From a virus, in the IMG/VR virus record IMGVR_UViG_3300006192_000008, positions 1 to 64,000 of that record: a stretch of 64,000 nt of DNA; one strand, written 5' to 3'. The translations under genes were made by a program, and so were the position numbers. Each line of letters starts with the position of its first letter. The first letter of the stretch is position 1. Shown piece after piece: positions 32,807 through 41,437 of the stretch. Under the pieces are notes generated by a model. That model ran no database searches. It saw only the letters and a program-made list of their open reading frames with translations, and was not told the DNA's origin.

Positions 32807-33686
32807 ATGCCCTCCAGTAAATCCGTCCAGTTGGTATAGACCCTGATGAGCTTATAATATCTTGTCTGGAAGCTGAAAATCCTGTGGTACTGGGGGAAAG
32901 CACTTCTGCAACTACAGTGTAATCAGCTTTTCCTGCGTTGTAGCCAAAACAAGCTACAACAGAAAAAACTTTAGATGGGAATGCAATAGGAAATGTGACA
33001 GGGTAGACTGCATCTGGAGATGCTGCTGCAATATACCCCCACTGCTCTATTTGTCCACCAGGGGTTTTTTGAAACCCTATATCAGTGAGGGACTGGTTAC
33101 TCCCTTGGAAAGATTCTTTTAGTCTTAGTGGAGTTAAAATTGTAGTGTTACTAAGCCATCCCTGAGATTGTGCAGTAGATGCAACAGTAGTCTTGGCATC
33201 AACTTCAGTTTTAGTGTAAGTTTGAGCTTGAGAATAGACACTAAGGTTTGTACGAGCTGTTGCAGTATTTGTCAGATCAGCAAGGTTCTGAGTCTTAGCT
33301 AGGTAATTAGCATCTGATTGAACTTTAGTATAGAAATCCCCAGCATTAGCAAAAGCAATTTCCCAATGAGTTCCTACAGTTGTGGTTGGGTCCTGATTCG
33401 TGTTTACAGTAAGTGCTCGGTAAATTGTACCGTTACTACCCATCACAAGGGACTTAGCACCACCTACAGAATACTGATACTCTGTCACACTATCCCAAAC
33501 GGCAATACCATGCTGATTGATATGTGCAAGAGCTGTATCTTGGCGATTATCCAGATAGTTGAACCATTGGCGCGCTGGGATTTCTACCTGCCAACCAGTT
33601 GCATACTTAGTGTCGCCGGGGTTTAGTACGTCACCACCAGAGGCCCATGTAAGGCTCAGGTTGGTGGGTTTCAGGATTTGGGCCAT
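32796..33686 (-). CDS. Tail fibre protein
   Basis: WASGG...GW..EIPARQWFN, NLADL..TATARTNL, EQWG...VTFPIAFP. Confidence 0.85.
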   Translation of the reverse strand: MAQILKPTNLSLTWASGGDVLNPGDTKYATGWQVEIPARQWFNYLDNRQDTALAHINQHGIAVWDSVTEYQYSVGGAKSLVMGSNGTIYRALTVNTNQDPTTTVGTHWEIAFANAGDFYTKVQSDANYLAKTQNLADLTNTATARTNLSVYSQAQTYTKTEVDAKTTVASTAQSQGWLSNTTILTPLRLKESFQGSNQSLTDIGFQKTPGGQIEQWGYIAAASPDAVYPVTFPIAFPSKVFSVVACFGYNAGKADYTVVAEVLSPSTTGFSASRQDIISSSGSIPTGRIYWRACGI

Positions 33687-33690
33687 GTGT

Positions 33691-34188
33691 TTATTCCTTA
33701 GAAATTAATTTGTATTCTTTTAAGCCAGAGAGGCAAAGTGTTTTTTCATCTTCACGTCTATTGACAAGGCCGCGAAGTTTCTTGCCTTTTGCAAAAACCC
33801 AACGAGTTAGTTGCTCACAAGCTTCTACTCTCTGATCTTTATTAAGAAGTTTCAACAGAGTGGAGGACTTAAAGTTACCAACACCCACGTTGTAAGTGAA
33901 AGATAAATAAGCAGCATGTTCTTGAGCAGATAGAGGGACTTTGATATGCTTACTCATCTCTGTATTATGTTTAGACAGGTCTTTAGCCAATTGCTCAAGG
34001 CACTCATCTTCAGAGAACTTCTGTCCAAGTCTCAACTCAGGGCCAGTGTGTCCATAGCAAGATGTGACAATTCCAACCGGGTCCGGGTAGGTTCCCAATA
34101 CCAATCCTTCATGTTTTGCAATAAACATACCAGATGTTGCAAGTGCAGAAGACAATCCATACACAAGAAGTTTGTTTTTAATATTCAT
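33691..34188 (-). CDS. GH24 lysozyme, SAR-type endolysin
   Basis: HEG...YPDPVGIVTSCYGHT catalytic E-D-T, FTYNVG, GLVNRR. Confidence 0.9.
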   Translation of the reverse strand: MNIKNKLLVYGLSSALATSGMFIAKHEGLVLGTYPDPVGIVTSCYGHTGPELRLGQKFSEDECLEQLAKDLSKHNTEMSKHIKVPLSAQEHAAYLSFTYNVGVGNFKSSTLLKLLNKDQRVEACEQLTRWVFAKGKKLRGLVNRREDEKTLCLSGLKEYKLISKE

Positions 34189-34200
34189 TGTACACTCACA

Positions 34201-34992
34201 CTAGAATAACGATGCAAATTGCCCACCACCTGCTTGAGAGAAGTCAGAGTCACCATAACCAAGTCCATAACCCAAACCCCAACCGAAGGTTCCTGTAAAC
34301 TCACCAAAACCTAAAGCTCCAGTTGCACCTTGAAAGCCAAAGTAGTTGCCAGCAAGGAACCAGCCAAAGTTAATTCTTACACCAACTGTTTTAGGAATAA
34401 GGCGGGAAGGATAGCCTTGACTTGTGGAAACATAATTCAATAATACTTGTTCAAAAGTAGAAAGCTCTCTACCAAATAGAACAGTGTACGCAGCATTACC
34501 TTCAGAGATAATTGCTGTAGCCTCTGTTCCAAACAAGAAGTTAACAAAAGCAAGAAACTCTTCTGGTGTAGATGCTGTACGGTTCTTTAGAATTTTAGCT
34601 TTGATGAATAGGCGATATGTTTCATCGTCAAGAAGTACGTTACCACCAAGAGGTGTACCAAAGTCATAGAACCTAGAACCAATAACGGGTTGACCAAAGT
34701 CACCAAAAGTATCTGCTTTGAGGGCACCTTGAAAGCCAAAGAAGTTGAATAGATCAGCAGAGATAAGTTCTCTGGGCTGACCTACAATCTCACCAATGAT
34801 ATCTAGTGTAGCTCCAGTGGCCTCATCAATACTTCTTTTCTGGATGAGGTCTTTGAATACTTGCTGGATACTTTCTTGTTGGTCAATTAGGAGTTGAAGA
34901 TATTTGTCAAATACTTCCTTTCCTTTGAATTGTTCAGTAACACGTTCTCTGGCTTCTTCTAAATATGGATGTGTATCAAAAGGTACGAGCAT
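34201..34992 (-). CDS. Baseplate wedge protein (DUF2612-like)
   Basis: GATLDIIGEIVGQPR, LDDETYRLFIKAKI. Confidence 0.85.
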   Translation of the reverse strand: MLVPFDTHPYLEEARERVTEQFKGKEVFDKYLQLLIDQQESIQQVFKDLIQKRSIDEATGATLDIIGEIVGQPRELISADLFNFFGFQGALKADTFGDFGQPVIGSRFYDFGTPLGGNVLLDDETYRLFIKAKILKNRTASTPEEFLAFVNFLFGTEATAIISEGNAAYTVLFGRELSTFEQVLLNYVSTSQGYPSRLIPKTVGVRINFGWFLAGNYFGFQGATGALGFGEFTGTFGWGLGYGLGYGDSDFSQAGGGQFASLF

Positions 34993-35002
34993 AAGTACCT
35001 CC

Positions 35003-36466
35003 TTAAGATACTACAATATTTATGTTGATTGATTCGAATGAACTGATGTCTGCAAAGTCAATTACAATATTGGCAGTGCCTACAGGACTAGGAGTTGTAC
35101 CAATAAACAAGCTATCGATCTGATGCCCCGGCACTGTGTTGATTGGGGTGAACATGCGGCTGTAAATTACATCCTTACCAACACCAAAGTTCTGAGAAGC
35201 GTAAGTCTGAATAGCAGCCCTAATCTGATCAGCACCATCACTAGGAAACTGAATAGGTGCTTCAGGGTTAAGACTAAGTGTCATGCTGATATAGACGACA
35301 ACAGGAGTAGGTCTTTCAAATCCAATGTTATGGAGAAACCCTTGAGTGTCTGTAATAGGAATAATCGTATTACCTTGACTCTTAATGCCCATCGGCTTGT
35401 TCTGCCAGATAGTCTCGGCAATGATCTGACTAGACCCACCAAGGACAACAGGGAAAAAACTATGAGGAAGAACACCATTAGAGTCTGTAATATCAGTATC
35501 GTTCTCATAGATAGCTAGCTCCTCTACACCATCTACGTTGAGTAGGGCAGAATATAGGCTATCAAGAATGTTAGAGCTGCGTTCTAGCTTAGTGTTACGA
35601 AATCGTAAGCGAAGCTCTTCGTCAGTTTCTACAAGCCTACCCGGAGAAGCATCTAAAGGATTTGTTACACTATCCCAACCAAGAACAGGAGTTACAATCT
35701 CATTGATGGTGTTAGCATCCTGATTGATTTCACCGACTTCTACAGCAACCAATTGACCAATCTTCTTAACTTTTGTAATTGCAAGATTGGAGCTAGTAGA
35801 GAATGTGCTTGCTTGAAACACATCAACCATATCCACTATAAGAGTGTTACCCACCAAGGAGGCTGAAAGAAGGGGATGAGATGAATCAATAATAGCTTTG
35901 ATGCCAGTGACAATCTCGTTAGCTGTAGCAGCTCCAGAGGACGTGTAGCTGATCGTATTACTACCAGTGATACCTGCGGTATAGGTGAGTGTGTAAAGCG
36001 TTGTGTTGGCCACTACAGAGACTGTCAGAGTGATACCAGCAGACTGTGATGGGGAAAGAGCTACGCTACCACTAACAGAGAATTCATTGTTATCAGCAGA
36101 ACGTACTACACTTCCACCAGCAATCAGTGTACCATTATCACCAGCAAACAAAGCTGTAGCTGTACTAGCAGAGGCTGGGAAGCGAGCAATACCACCATAT
36201 TGAACAAGGTTGTCTAGAGAGATACCTGTAGCCGAGTTTGGATCAAAAGCACTCCAGCATTGCTGAGCAACTTCCCATAGGTCTGCGTCACCGGGAGCAT
36301 CTAGAGCAATCAAACGTCCAAGTGCTGTGCTTGTGCTAGTGTCTACGATTTCACCTGCCGGTAAAAGATCAGCAAAAAGTTGTTCAGCTTTTATCTTCTG
36401 CTCATCTAATATATTTTGCAACCTTTTTAAAACAAATCCGCTGTCAGTTATTCCAAAATTTGCCAT
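35003..36466 (-). CDS. Baseplate J-like wedge protein
   Basis: ATGISLD, GRLVETDEELRLR, ENDT...GVLPHS. Confidence 0.9.
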   Translation of the reverse strand: MANFGITDSGFVLKRLQNILDEQKIKAEQLFADLLPAGEIVDTSTSTALGRLIALDAPGDADLWEVAQQCWSAFDPNSATGISLDNLVQYGGIARFPASASTATALFAGDNGTLIAGGSVVRSADNNEFSVSGSVALSPSQSAGITLTVSVVANTTLYTLTYTAGITGSNTISYTSSGAATANEIVTGIKAIIDSSHPLLSASLVGNTLIVDMVDVFQASTFSTSSNLAITKVKKIGQLVAVEVGEINQDANTINEIVTPVLGWDSVTNPLDASPGRLVETDEELRLRFRNTKLERSSNILDSLYSALLNVDGVEELAIYENDTDITDSNGVLPHSFFPVVLGGSSQIIAETIWQNKPMGIKSQGNTIIPITDTQGFLHNIGFERPTPVVVYISMTLSLNPEAPIQFPSDGADQIRAAIQTYASQNFGVGKDVIYSRMFTPINTVPGHQIDSLFIGTTPSPVGTANIVIDFADISSFESININIVVS

Positions 36467-37395
36467 TTCAATTTCCTATATTGACTGTTTTGAATATCCA
36501 ACAACTCTCCCAGTTGGCAGATTCCTACAGTCTCAGTGAATCCGCTGGGAAGTTCATGTTTTTGAAAGTAGGGTTGGAATGTATCCTTGAGAACTTTCTC
36601 ATGTTGACTTGCATCCAACCCATTCGTGTAATTCCACACAAAAGATAAGTCAAAAGACACACCTAAAAATTTACAAAGTTTGTTGTGCTGTTGGAGTCGT
36701 CTTTTTAGATCACAAGTTATTCCATATTTGTACCCCATAAGGATTCCATCTTCTGATACCACCTTAAGAACATACAGGCTTGCAGGTTTGTTCTTTTGAA
36801 AACCATACTTCGCGCAGGCTGGACAGCCCCTTCCCGCTGACAGTGAAGCGTAGGACGTTACCCAGTCATTCTGACAAATGTTACAAATAAGGGAGACTTT
36901 AAGTTTACTTGTGCTTCCAGTTGGTTTATAATCAAACCCCTTGAGACTAAAATTAGCTGCATTTGTAAACTCTGCTATTCTTTGATAGATAATTTCTTCA
37001 GGAAGTTTTTCAGACTTATTGCAAACACCGCAACTGGCACCCTTAAGGGCAATTGAATTATAGCTGGCATCCCAGACTTTCCCGCAAGAAAGACACTCAA
37101 CACGCAGTGGAGACTTTGAACCACTAATAGAATCTTGTAGAAGCTTTATCGGTTTATTTTTGATAACATCCAAAACTCTGTTGAACATTTTCTCTGGAGA
37201 GTTGTACGCCTTTCCGCTACACAGGCAAGGTTTTCTTCCAGAAAGTATACTAGATGCGGCAACAGAATTTACATCTCCACACACTACACAGCGGAGTGTA
37301 AAATGACTCCTTTGATTATCACCGTACTCAATAATTTCATAGTTCTCCCCATTCTGTGAGTATTTACTATCTTTATAGTATTCAGACAGAAGCAT
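36448..37395 (-). CDS. Putative homing endonuclease: Zn repeats plus GIY-YIG-like domain
   Basis: CxxC repeats; LYVL...YKYGIT...RRLQQH...GFTE. Confidence 0.7.
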   Translation of the reverse strand: MLLSEYYKDSKYSQNGENYEIIEYGDNQRSHFTLRCVVCGDVNSVAASSILSGRKPCLCSGKAYNSPEKMFNRVLDVIKNKPIKLLQDSISGSKSPLRVECLSCGKVWDASYNSIALKGASCGVCNKSEKLPEEIIYQRIAEFTNAANFSLKGFDYKPTGSTSKLKVSLICNICQNDWVTSYASLSAGRGCPACAKYGFQKNKPASLYVLKVVSEDGILMGYKYGITCDLKRRLQQHNKLCKFLGVSFDLSFVWNYTNGLDASQHEKVLKDTFQPYFQKHELPSGFTETVGICQLGELLDIQNSQYRKLKWQILE

Positions 37396-37404
37396 AGCTC
37401 CTCC

Positions 37405-37791
37405 TTAACTTGTTGGGGTAACTGTGATTAACCCAGACTCTTCCCCAGTAGTCACTTTCACACGGAAGGTCATAGAATATTGTCTGTTTACAAAAGTAGA
37501 TTCAAAGAATGTCAGTTCTTTTACACCGTTCTCTGCTAAGATTGCTTTCTGAAAGATAAGATCAACAGCAGATTTACTTGTCTTGTGTCCGAGGATGGAT
37601 TGGAAGTACGGGATGCCGTATTCCGTGTCTAAGAACCATTCGGTCTTCCATGTACGAAGAAGTACAAGAAGTCTTTGACCAACTACATCAACCCGAGATT
37701 GGGTAGTTTCTTCTTTTCTTAGTGGGCCATTACGCCATACAATATCCCCATAAGATGGAGAGACAGGCTCTTTGTCGATTAACAGGTCCAA
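37405..37791 (-). CDS. Baseplate gp25-like protein
   Basis: EWFLDTEYGIPYFQSILG. Confidence 0.8.
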   Translation of the reverse strand: MDLLIDKEPVSPSYGDIVWRNGPLRKEETTQSRVDVVGQRLLVLLRTWKTEWFLDTEYGIPYFQSILGHKTSKSAVDLIFQKAILAENGVKELTFFESTFVNRQYSMTFRVKVTTGEESGLITVTPTS

Positions 37792-37800
37792 TTAACTCTC

Positions 37801-38586
37801 CTAGGATGTTGGTCCACCAGTGAGACTTGGGCCAGTCTGCACACCAGTGTGTTTGTGTGTATCAAATACAATACTATTGAATGTGGCAGTGCCAACCAAC
37901 GTATAGTTACCAGTGTGGTTGATATTACCGATCCAACTTGTTTCACCAATTGCAAAGGTAGCAGTTCCTGCTGTAACATCTAAGTTGGTGCAATCGAGTG
38001 TAATGTCAGCTTGAGCTGTAACAGTTGCGTTGTTGCAATTAACCTCTACGTTCTGGTTTGTATTGATTACAATATCACCAGAGGCTTTAAGTCTTACTTC
38101 GCACTCTTGACCTGTTCCAATATTATTTACCAGAACAGTATCTTCTGTGGAATGATTCCATGTACGCTTAGATGGGTTGTTTACGTTTACACCCGGAGGT
38201 TGAATACCGGGGATGAATATAGCATCGCCCTTGTCAAACTTAGCAAAGTTCAAAGGTGTGGTTGGCCTGCCTGAACCATTCTTCCATGCGTCTAAGTTAC
38301 GCATGGAAAATACAGCAATACCAGTTGTCCCTACTTTAATAGGGAACGTAACACCTGCTGTAGATGATACAGGAAAGGATACTGGGACACCAAGGATCAC
38401 CGGTCTTTCCTTAGTTGTACCGTCCTTAAAACGCTGATTGACTGTTGGTTGTATGTCAACCATAGCTCCGTTTAAAGAGTCTCTTACAGCCACTACAATA
38501 CAAGGAATTGCTGTATTCACGTTACTCATTTGATTCTGGAAAGCAGCAACTAATACTTCTTGTAACGAGCCTTCACAATCACTCAT
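37801..38586 (-). CDS. Baseplate central spike (gp138-like)
   Basis: TAIPC...VDIQP; C-terminal HKHTGV iron-binding tip. Confidence 0.85.
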   Translation of the reverse strand: MSDCEGSLQEVLVAAFQNQMSNVNTAIPCIVVAVRDSLNGAMVDIQPTVNQRFKDGTTKERPVILGVPVSFPVSSTAGVTFPIKVGTTGIAVFSMRNLDAWKNGSGRPTTPLNFAKFDKGDAIFIPGIQPPGVNVNNPSKRTWNHSTEDTVLVNNIGTGQECEVRLKASGDIVINTNQNVEVNCNNATVTAQADITLDCTNLDVTAGTATFAIGETSWIGNINHTGNYTLVGTATFNSIVFDTHKHTGVQTGPSLTGGPTS

Positions 38587-39335
38587 CAGTCTGTAATCTC
38601 CACACAATACTCCATAAGAGCTTTATAGGCTAAAGGAGAAATAGAATCTTTCCAATCAAGAGCTTTACGTTTTATTACAGACTCTTTAAAACACTTGTAA
38701 GCATGAAATGCCTCATTCTCCGTGGTAAACTTTCCAAGAATAACTTGTACACTCTCATGGTCACGGCAACGGGCCTTAAAACCACCCGACGAGCACTTAA
38801 AAACTCCAATAGGAAGCAGTGATCGGTGGGTATTATTTGTTTTCAAAGCCCCATTTATATCTCTTGGTAAATAAACACAAGTGGATGGGGAATAGAGTCT
38901 ATTTCCCTTTACCAATAAATCTTTATCAAGCTCCCACCCATCTAATCGGTAAGCATCCTCTATGTAGAATTTTGCGTAAGATTGAAAGTTATGCCAATCA
39001 TTACTGACAGTGCAGTCTTTATATGTTACTTTAAGTTTGTGAAGCCTTTCATCATAGCAACGCTTGAACATGCTATGCCATGACTCCAAAGCTTTAGCGA
39101 CAAGTTCCTTTGGCTTGTCTTTTGTAAAAGAGCCGTCGCCATAGAAGCCTACCCCATATATAATTCTAGCCATGCAATCTTTTACATCACCCTTACGTAC
39201 TTGATTTTTGTCGTAAGTGCATGTATATCCGGTATCTACAAATTTTATCGTTATTTTGCCCGGCGTTCTTGCAATAACCTCAAATCTGCCATAGTTTTTA
39301 CTTTCCCTCAAATCTCCAATCTTTATAACACTCAT
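38586..39335 (-). CDS. HNH-type homing endonuclease
   Basis: WHSMFKRCY...WELDKDLL...YSPSTCVYLPRDIN...LPIGV. Confidence 0.8.
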   Translation of the reverse strand: MSVIKIGDLRESKNYGRFEVIARTPGKITIKFVDTGYTCTYDKNQVRKGDVKDCMARIIYGVGFYGDGSFTKDKPKELVAKALESWHSMFKRCYDERLHKLKVTYKDCTVSNDWHNFQSYAKFYIEDAYRLDGWELDKDLLVKGNRLYSPSTCVYLPRDINGALKTNNTHRSLLPIGVFKCSSGGFKARCRDHESVQVILGKFTTENEAFHAYKCFKESVIKRKALDWKDSISPLAYKALMEYCVEITD

Positions 39336-39368
39336 CCTTTGAACTCCTGATAATTAAATGAAGCAACC

Positions 39369-39397
39369 ATTCTACACTAGATTTTAATTGAAATCAA
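39369..39397 (-). promoter_or_regulatory. Internal sigma70-like promoter for the HNH gene
   Basis: TTGATT-N17-TAGAAT. Confidence 0.55.
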
Positions 39398-40281
39398 GAG
39401 TTACTGATGACTTTTTCTATGGCACTGCACCTAAATTCTGACCACCAAGCTGTGCCTCTCCAGTCCCCTGAGTGGCGGATATCAGTAACTTTATACCATC
39501 CCGTAATCAGAGTGTCTTCAAGTCGGATAATATCACCGGGAACAATATCTGGATTCAACAAAGTCTTGAATTGTACAGATTGAATCTTAGCTTTATCTTT
39601 CTTACTTCTACGAATATCACCAGAGGCTCTATAAGCATTCTCAATCAAGCCTGTGTACTTACTAATCACATAAGCATCTTCAAACTTCTCTGAGTTACCA
39701 CGATCATTGTCATGGACATAGAGAACATCATCATCAATCTGCCAATCTAGGTTGTACTTCTCAGACAACTCATTGAGCATGTCTTTTGGTGTCCCTTGTA
39801 ATGGATAGCCATAGATGATTGGGTTGTTCAGGTTAGTACCGTTGAAGACGCTTCTGGAGACTCCGGGGAGTGCCTTACGAATGTCTTCAGCAACATCCTT
39901 AACTGTCCTACCCGGAGCAACCAAACTACTCAGGGCTTGATGATTTAGCTCTGTATAGGCACCACCCATGAGAATCTGTGTGATACGATCTGTACCACTC
40001 TTACGTGTGGTGACATTAGTAACTTGCCCAGCAAACAGACGCTTAATACCAATGTCACGATAACCAGCACTAAATACTGCTGCTGGATAATCTACGTCCA
40101 AGAGCTTGAGGTTGTCATTGCTAAGATTATAGATTTCAATGGAAGCAGAATTAGTCTTATCTTTGTTACTGCTAGACTTACTAATATCAAACGTAACTTG
40201 AAGATCATTAATCTGAAGCCCTTCACCAGAGACTGCATTACCAACGATCAGTTCATACGCTCTGTTGATTTGTGGCTGCAT
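39394..40281 (-). CDS. Baseplate hub protein
   Basis: IEIYNLS, AGY, LLNP.I.PG pattern; position. Confidence 0.8.
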   Translation of the reverse strand: MQPQINRAYELIVGNAVSGEGLQINDLQVTFDISKSSSNKDKTNSASIEIYNLSNDNLKLLDVDYPAAVFSAGYRDIGIKRLFAGQVTNVTTRKSGTDRITQILMGGAYTELNHQALSSLVAPGRTVKDVAEDIRKALPGVSRSVFNGTNLNNPIIYGYPLQGTPKDMLNELSEKYNLDWQIDDDVLYVHDNDRGNSEKFEDAYVISKYTGLIENAYRASGDIRRSKKDKAKIQSVQFKTLLNPDIVPGDIIRLEDTLITGWYKVTDIRHSGDWRGTAWWSEFRCSAIEKVISNS

Positions 40282-40617
40282 TTAATCCTCGCTTTGGAAC
40301 GTATACACCAACGAATAATATTGTTTAAGTTTATCTGGAAACTCTTTATATGGTTCAGACTCAAGAGTTCCTTTCTGGATCAACAAGAAGAATCCTGTAA
40401 GGTTTGGTAGGGCATAATCAAACATGATTGGATAGCCGGGAACCAAAGCAGCACTCAAGACAATAGGGTTTCTATCAGCATCATAAAGAGACATGAAATA
40501 TAACTGAGAACGTTCGTTATAGATCATCTCAATAATGTAAGAGTTACCTTCCAGAGATACAGAGTATTCATAGATAGGGGAATCGTCTAACAGGAGGTCT
40601 ACATAAAGGTCAGCCAT
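40282..40617 (-). CDS. Small baseplate protein
   Basis: Position; SVSLEG...YNER. Confidence 0.7.
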   Translation of the reverse strand: MADLYVDLLLDDSPIYEYSVSLEGNSYIIEMIYNERSQLYFMSLYDADRNPIVLSAALVPGYPIMFDYALPNLTGFFLLIQKGTLESEPYKEFPDKLKQYYSLVYTFQSED

Positions 40618-40629
40618 AAATCTCTCCTA

Positions 40630-41436
40630 TTAGATTGGGAATATCCCAGTTGTGTTTTCTTTAGAGGCTTTTACAGAAGCAGATGAGTTGGTGTCTTTCT
40701 GTGTACTGTCGCATTTACCAAGAGATTTTTTATCTGTAGCCTTTTTTCTTAGTGCAGCTTGAACTACATCAGGCGGTATCCGCACTTTCTTCAAGTTCGC
40801 AAAACGTACACGCTCATAGGTAATATCTGCGTACAACGCAAAGCCAGTTTCGGTGTCCTCTCTAAAATTGATAGAAGTGATGACCAAGAAGGTAGTATCA
40901 TCTGCCGGAAGTTTGCGAACCAGAGTAAGAAACCCATCTGTCTCATACAAAACTACTGGGCGAATGAGTGTTTCAAATTGACCAGTTATTTGGTTGAAGC
41001 CCTCTCCCGACTGGAGGTTGACAAGAATATCTTGAATCTCTTCTGTAGTGTCTCCCCTAACATCGTCCATCACTACCTGTGGTAGAGTGTCGGGGAGGAA
41101 CTGCCCAATGACGTTAGGGACAAACTTCATCAGCAAACTTTGGTCGTCTGAACTGACTAGAACTTCAGTGGGGGCTGGCCTTGCATTGTAGGGAACGTCA
41201 CCATTCTCATTCTGCAAGGCAATTGTGGAAATTGACAAATCAGTTCCACTAATTACAGCACTCATTGTAAAGACTGGATTGTTGTTGATGTAGTGATCTG
41301 TTACGTTGCCGCCAGCATCAACAGGGTGACGTGTAGTCTGCCCTGTAAACGAGCGATTCCAGTTGGTTACTGCATCAAAGTAGAGGAAGCCTCCGGCTTG
41401 AATAGAGTCAGCTTCCCAGCCTAGTGCGAATGACAT
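40630..41436 (-). CDS. Baseplate / tube initiator protein
   Basis: T.HPV..G..VTDH motif; follows the tape measure gene. Confidence 0.75.
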   Translation of the reverse strand: MSFALGWEADSIQAGGFLYFDAVTNWNRSFTGQTTRHPVDAGGNVTDHYINNNPVFTMSAVISGTDLSISTIALQNENGDVPYNARPAPTEVLVSSDDQSLLMKFVPNVIGQFLPDTLPQVVMDDVRGDTTEEIQDILVNLQSGEGFNQITGQFETLIRPVVLYETDGFLTLVRKLPADDTTFLVITSINFREDTETGFALYADITYERVRFANLKKVRIPPDVVQAALRKKATDKKSLGKCDSTQKDTNSSASVKASKENTTGIFPI

Positions 41437-41437
41437 A

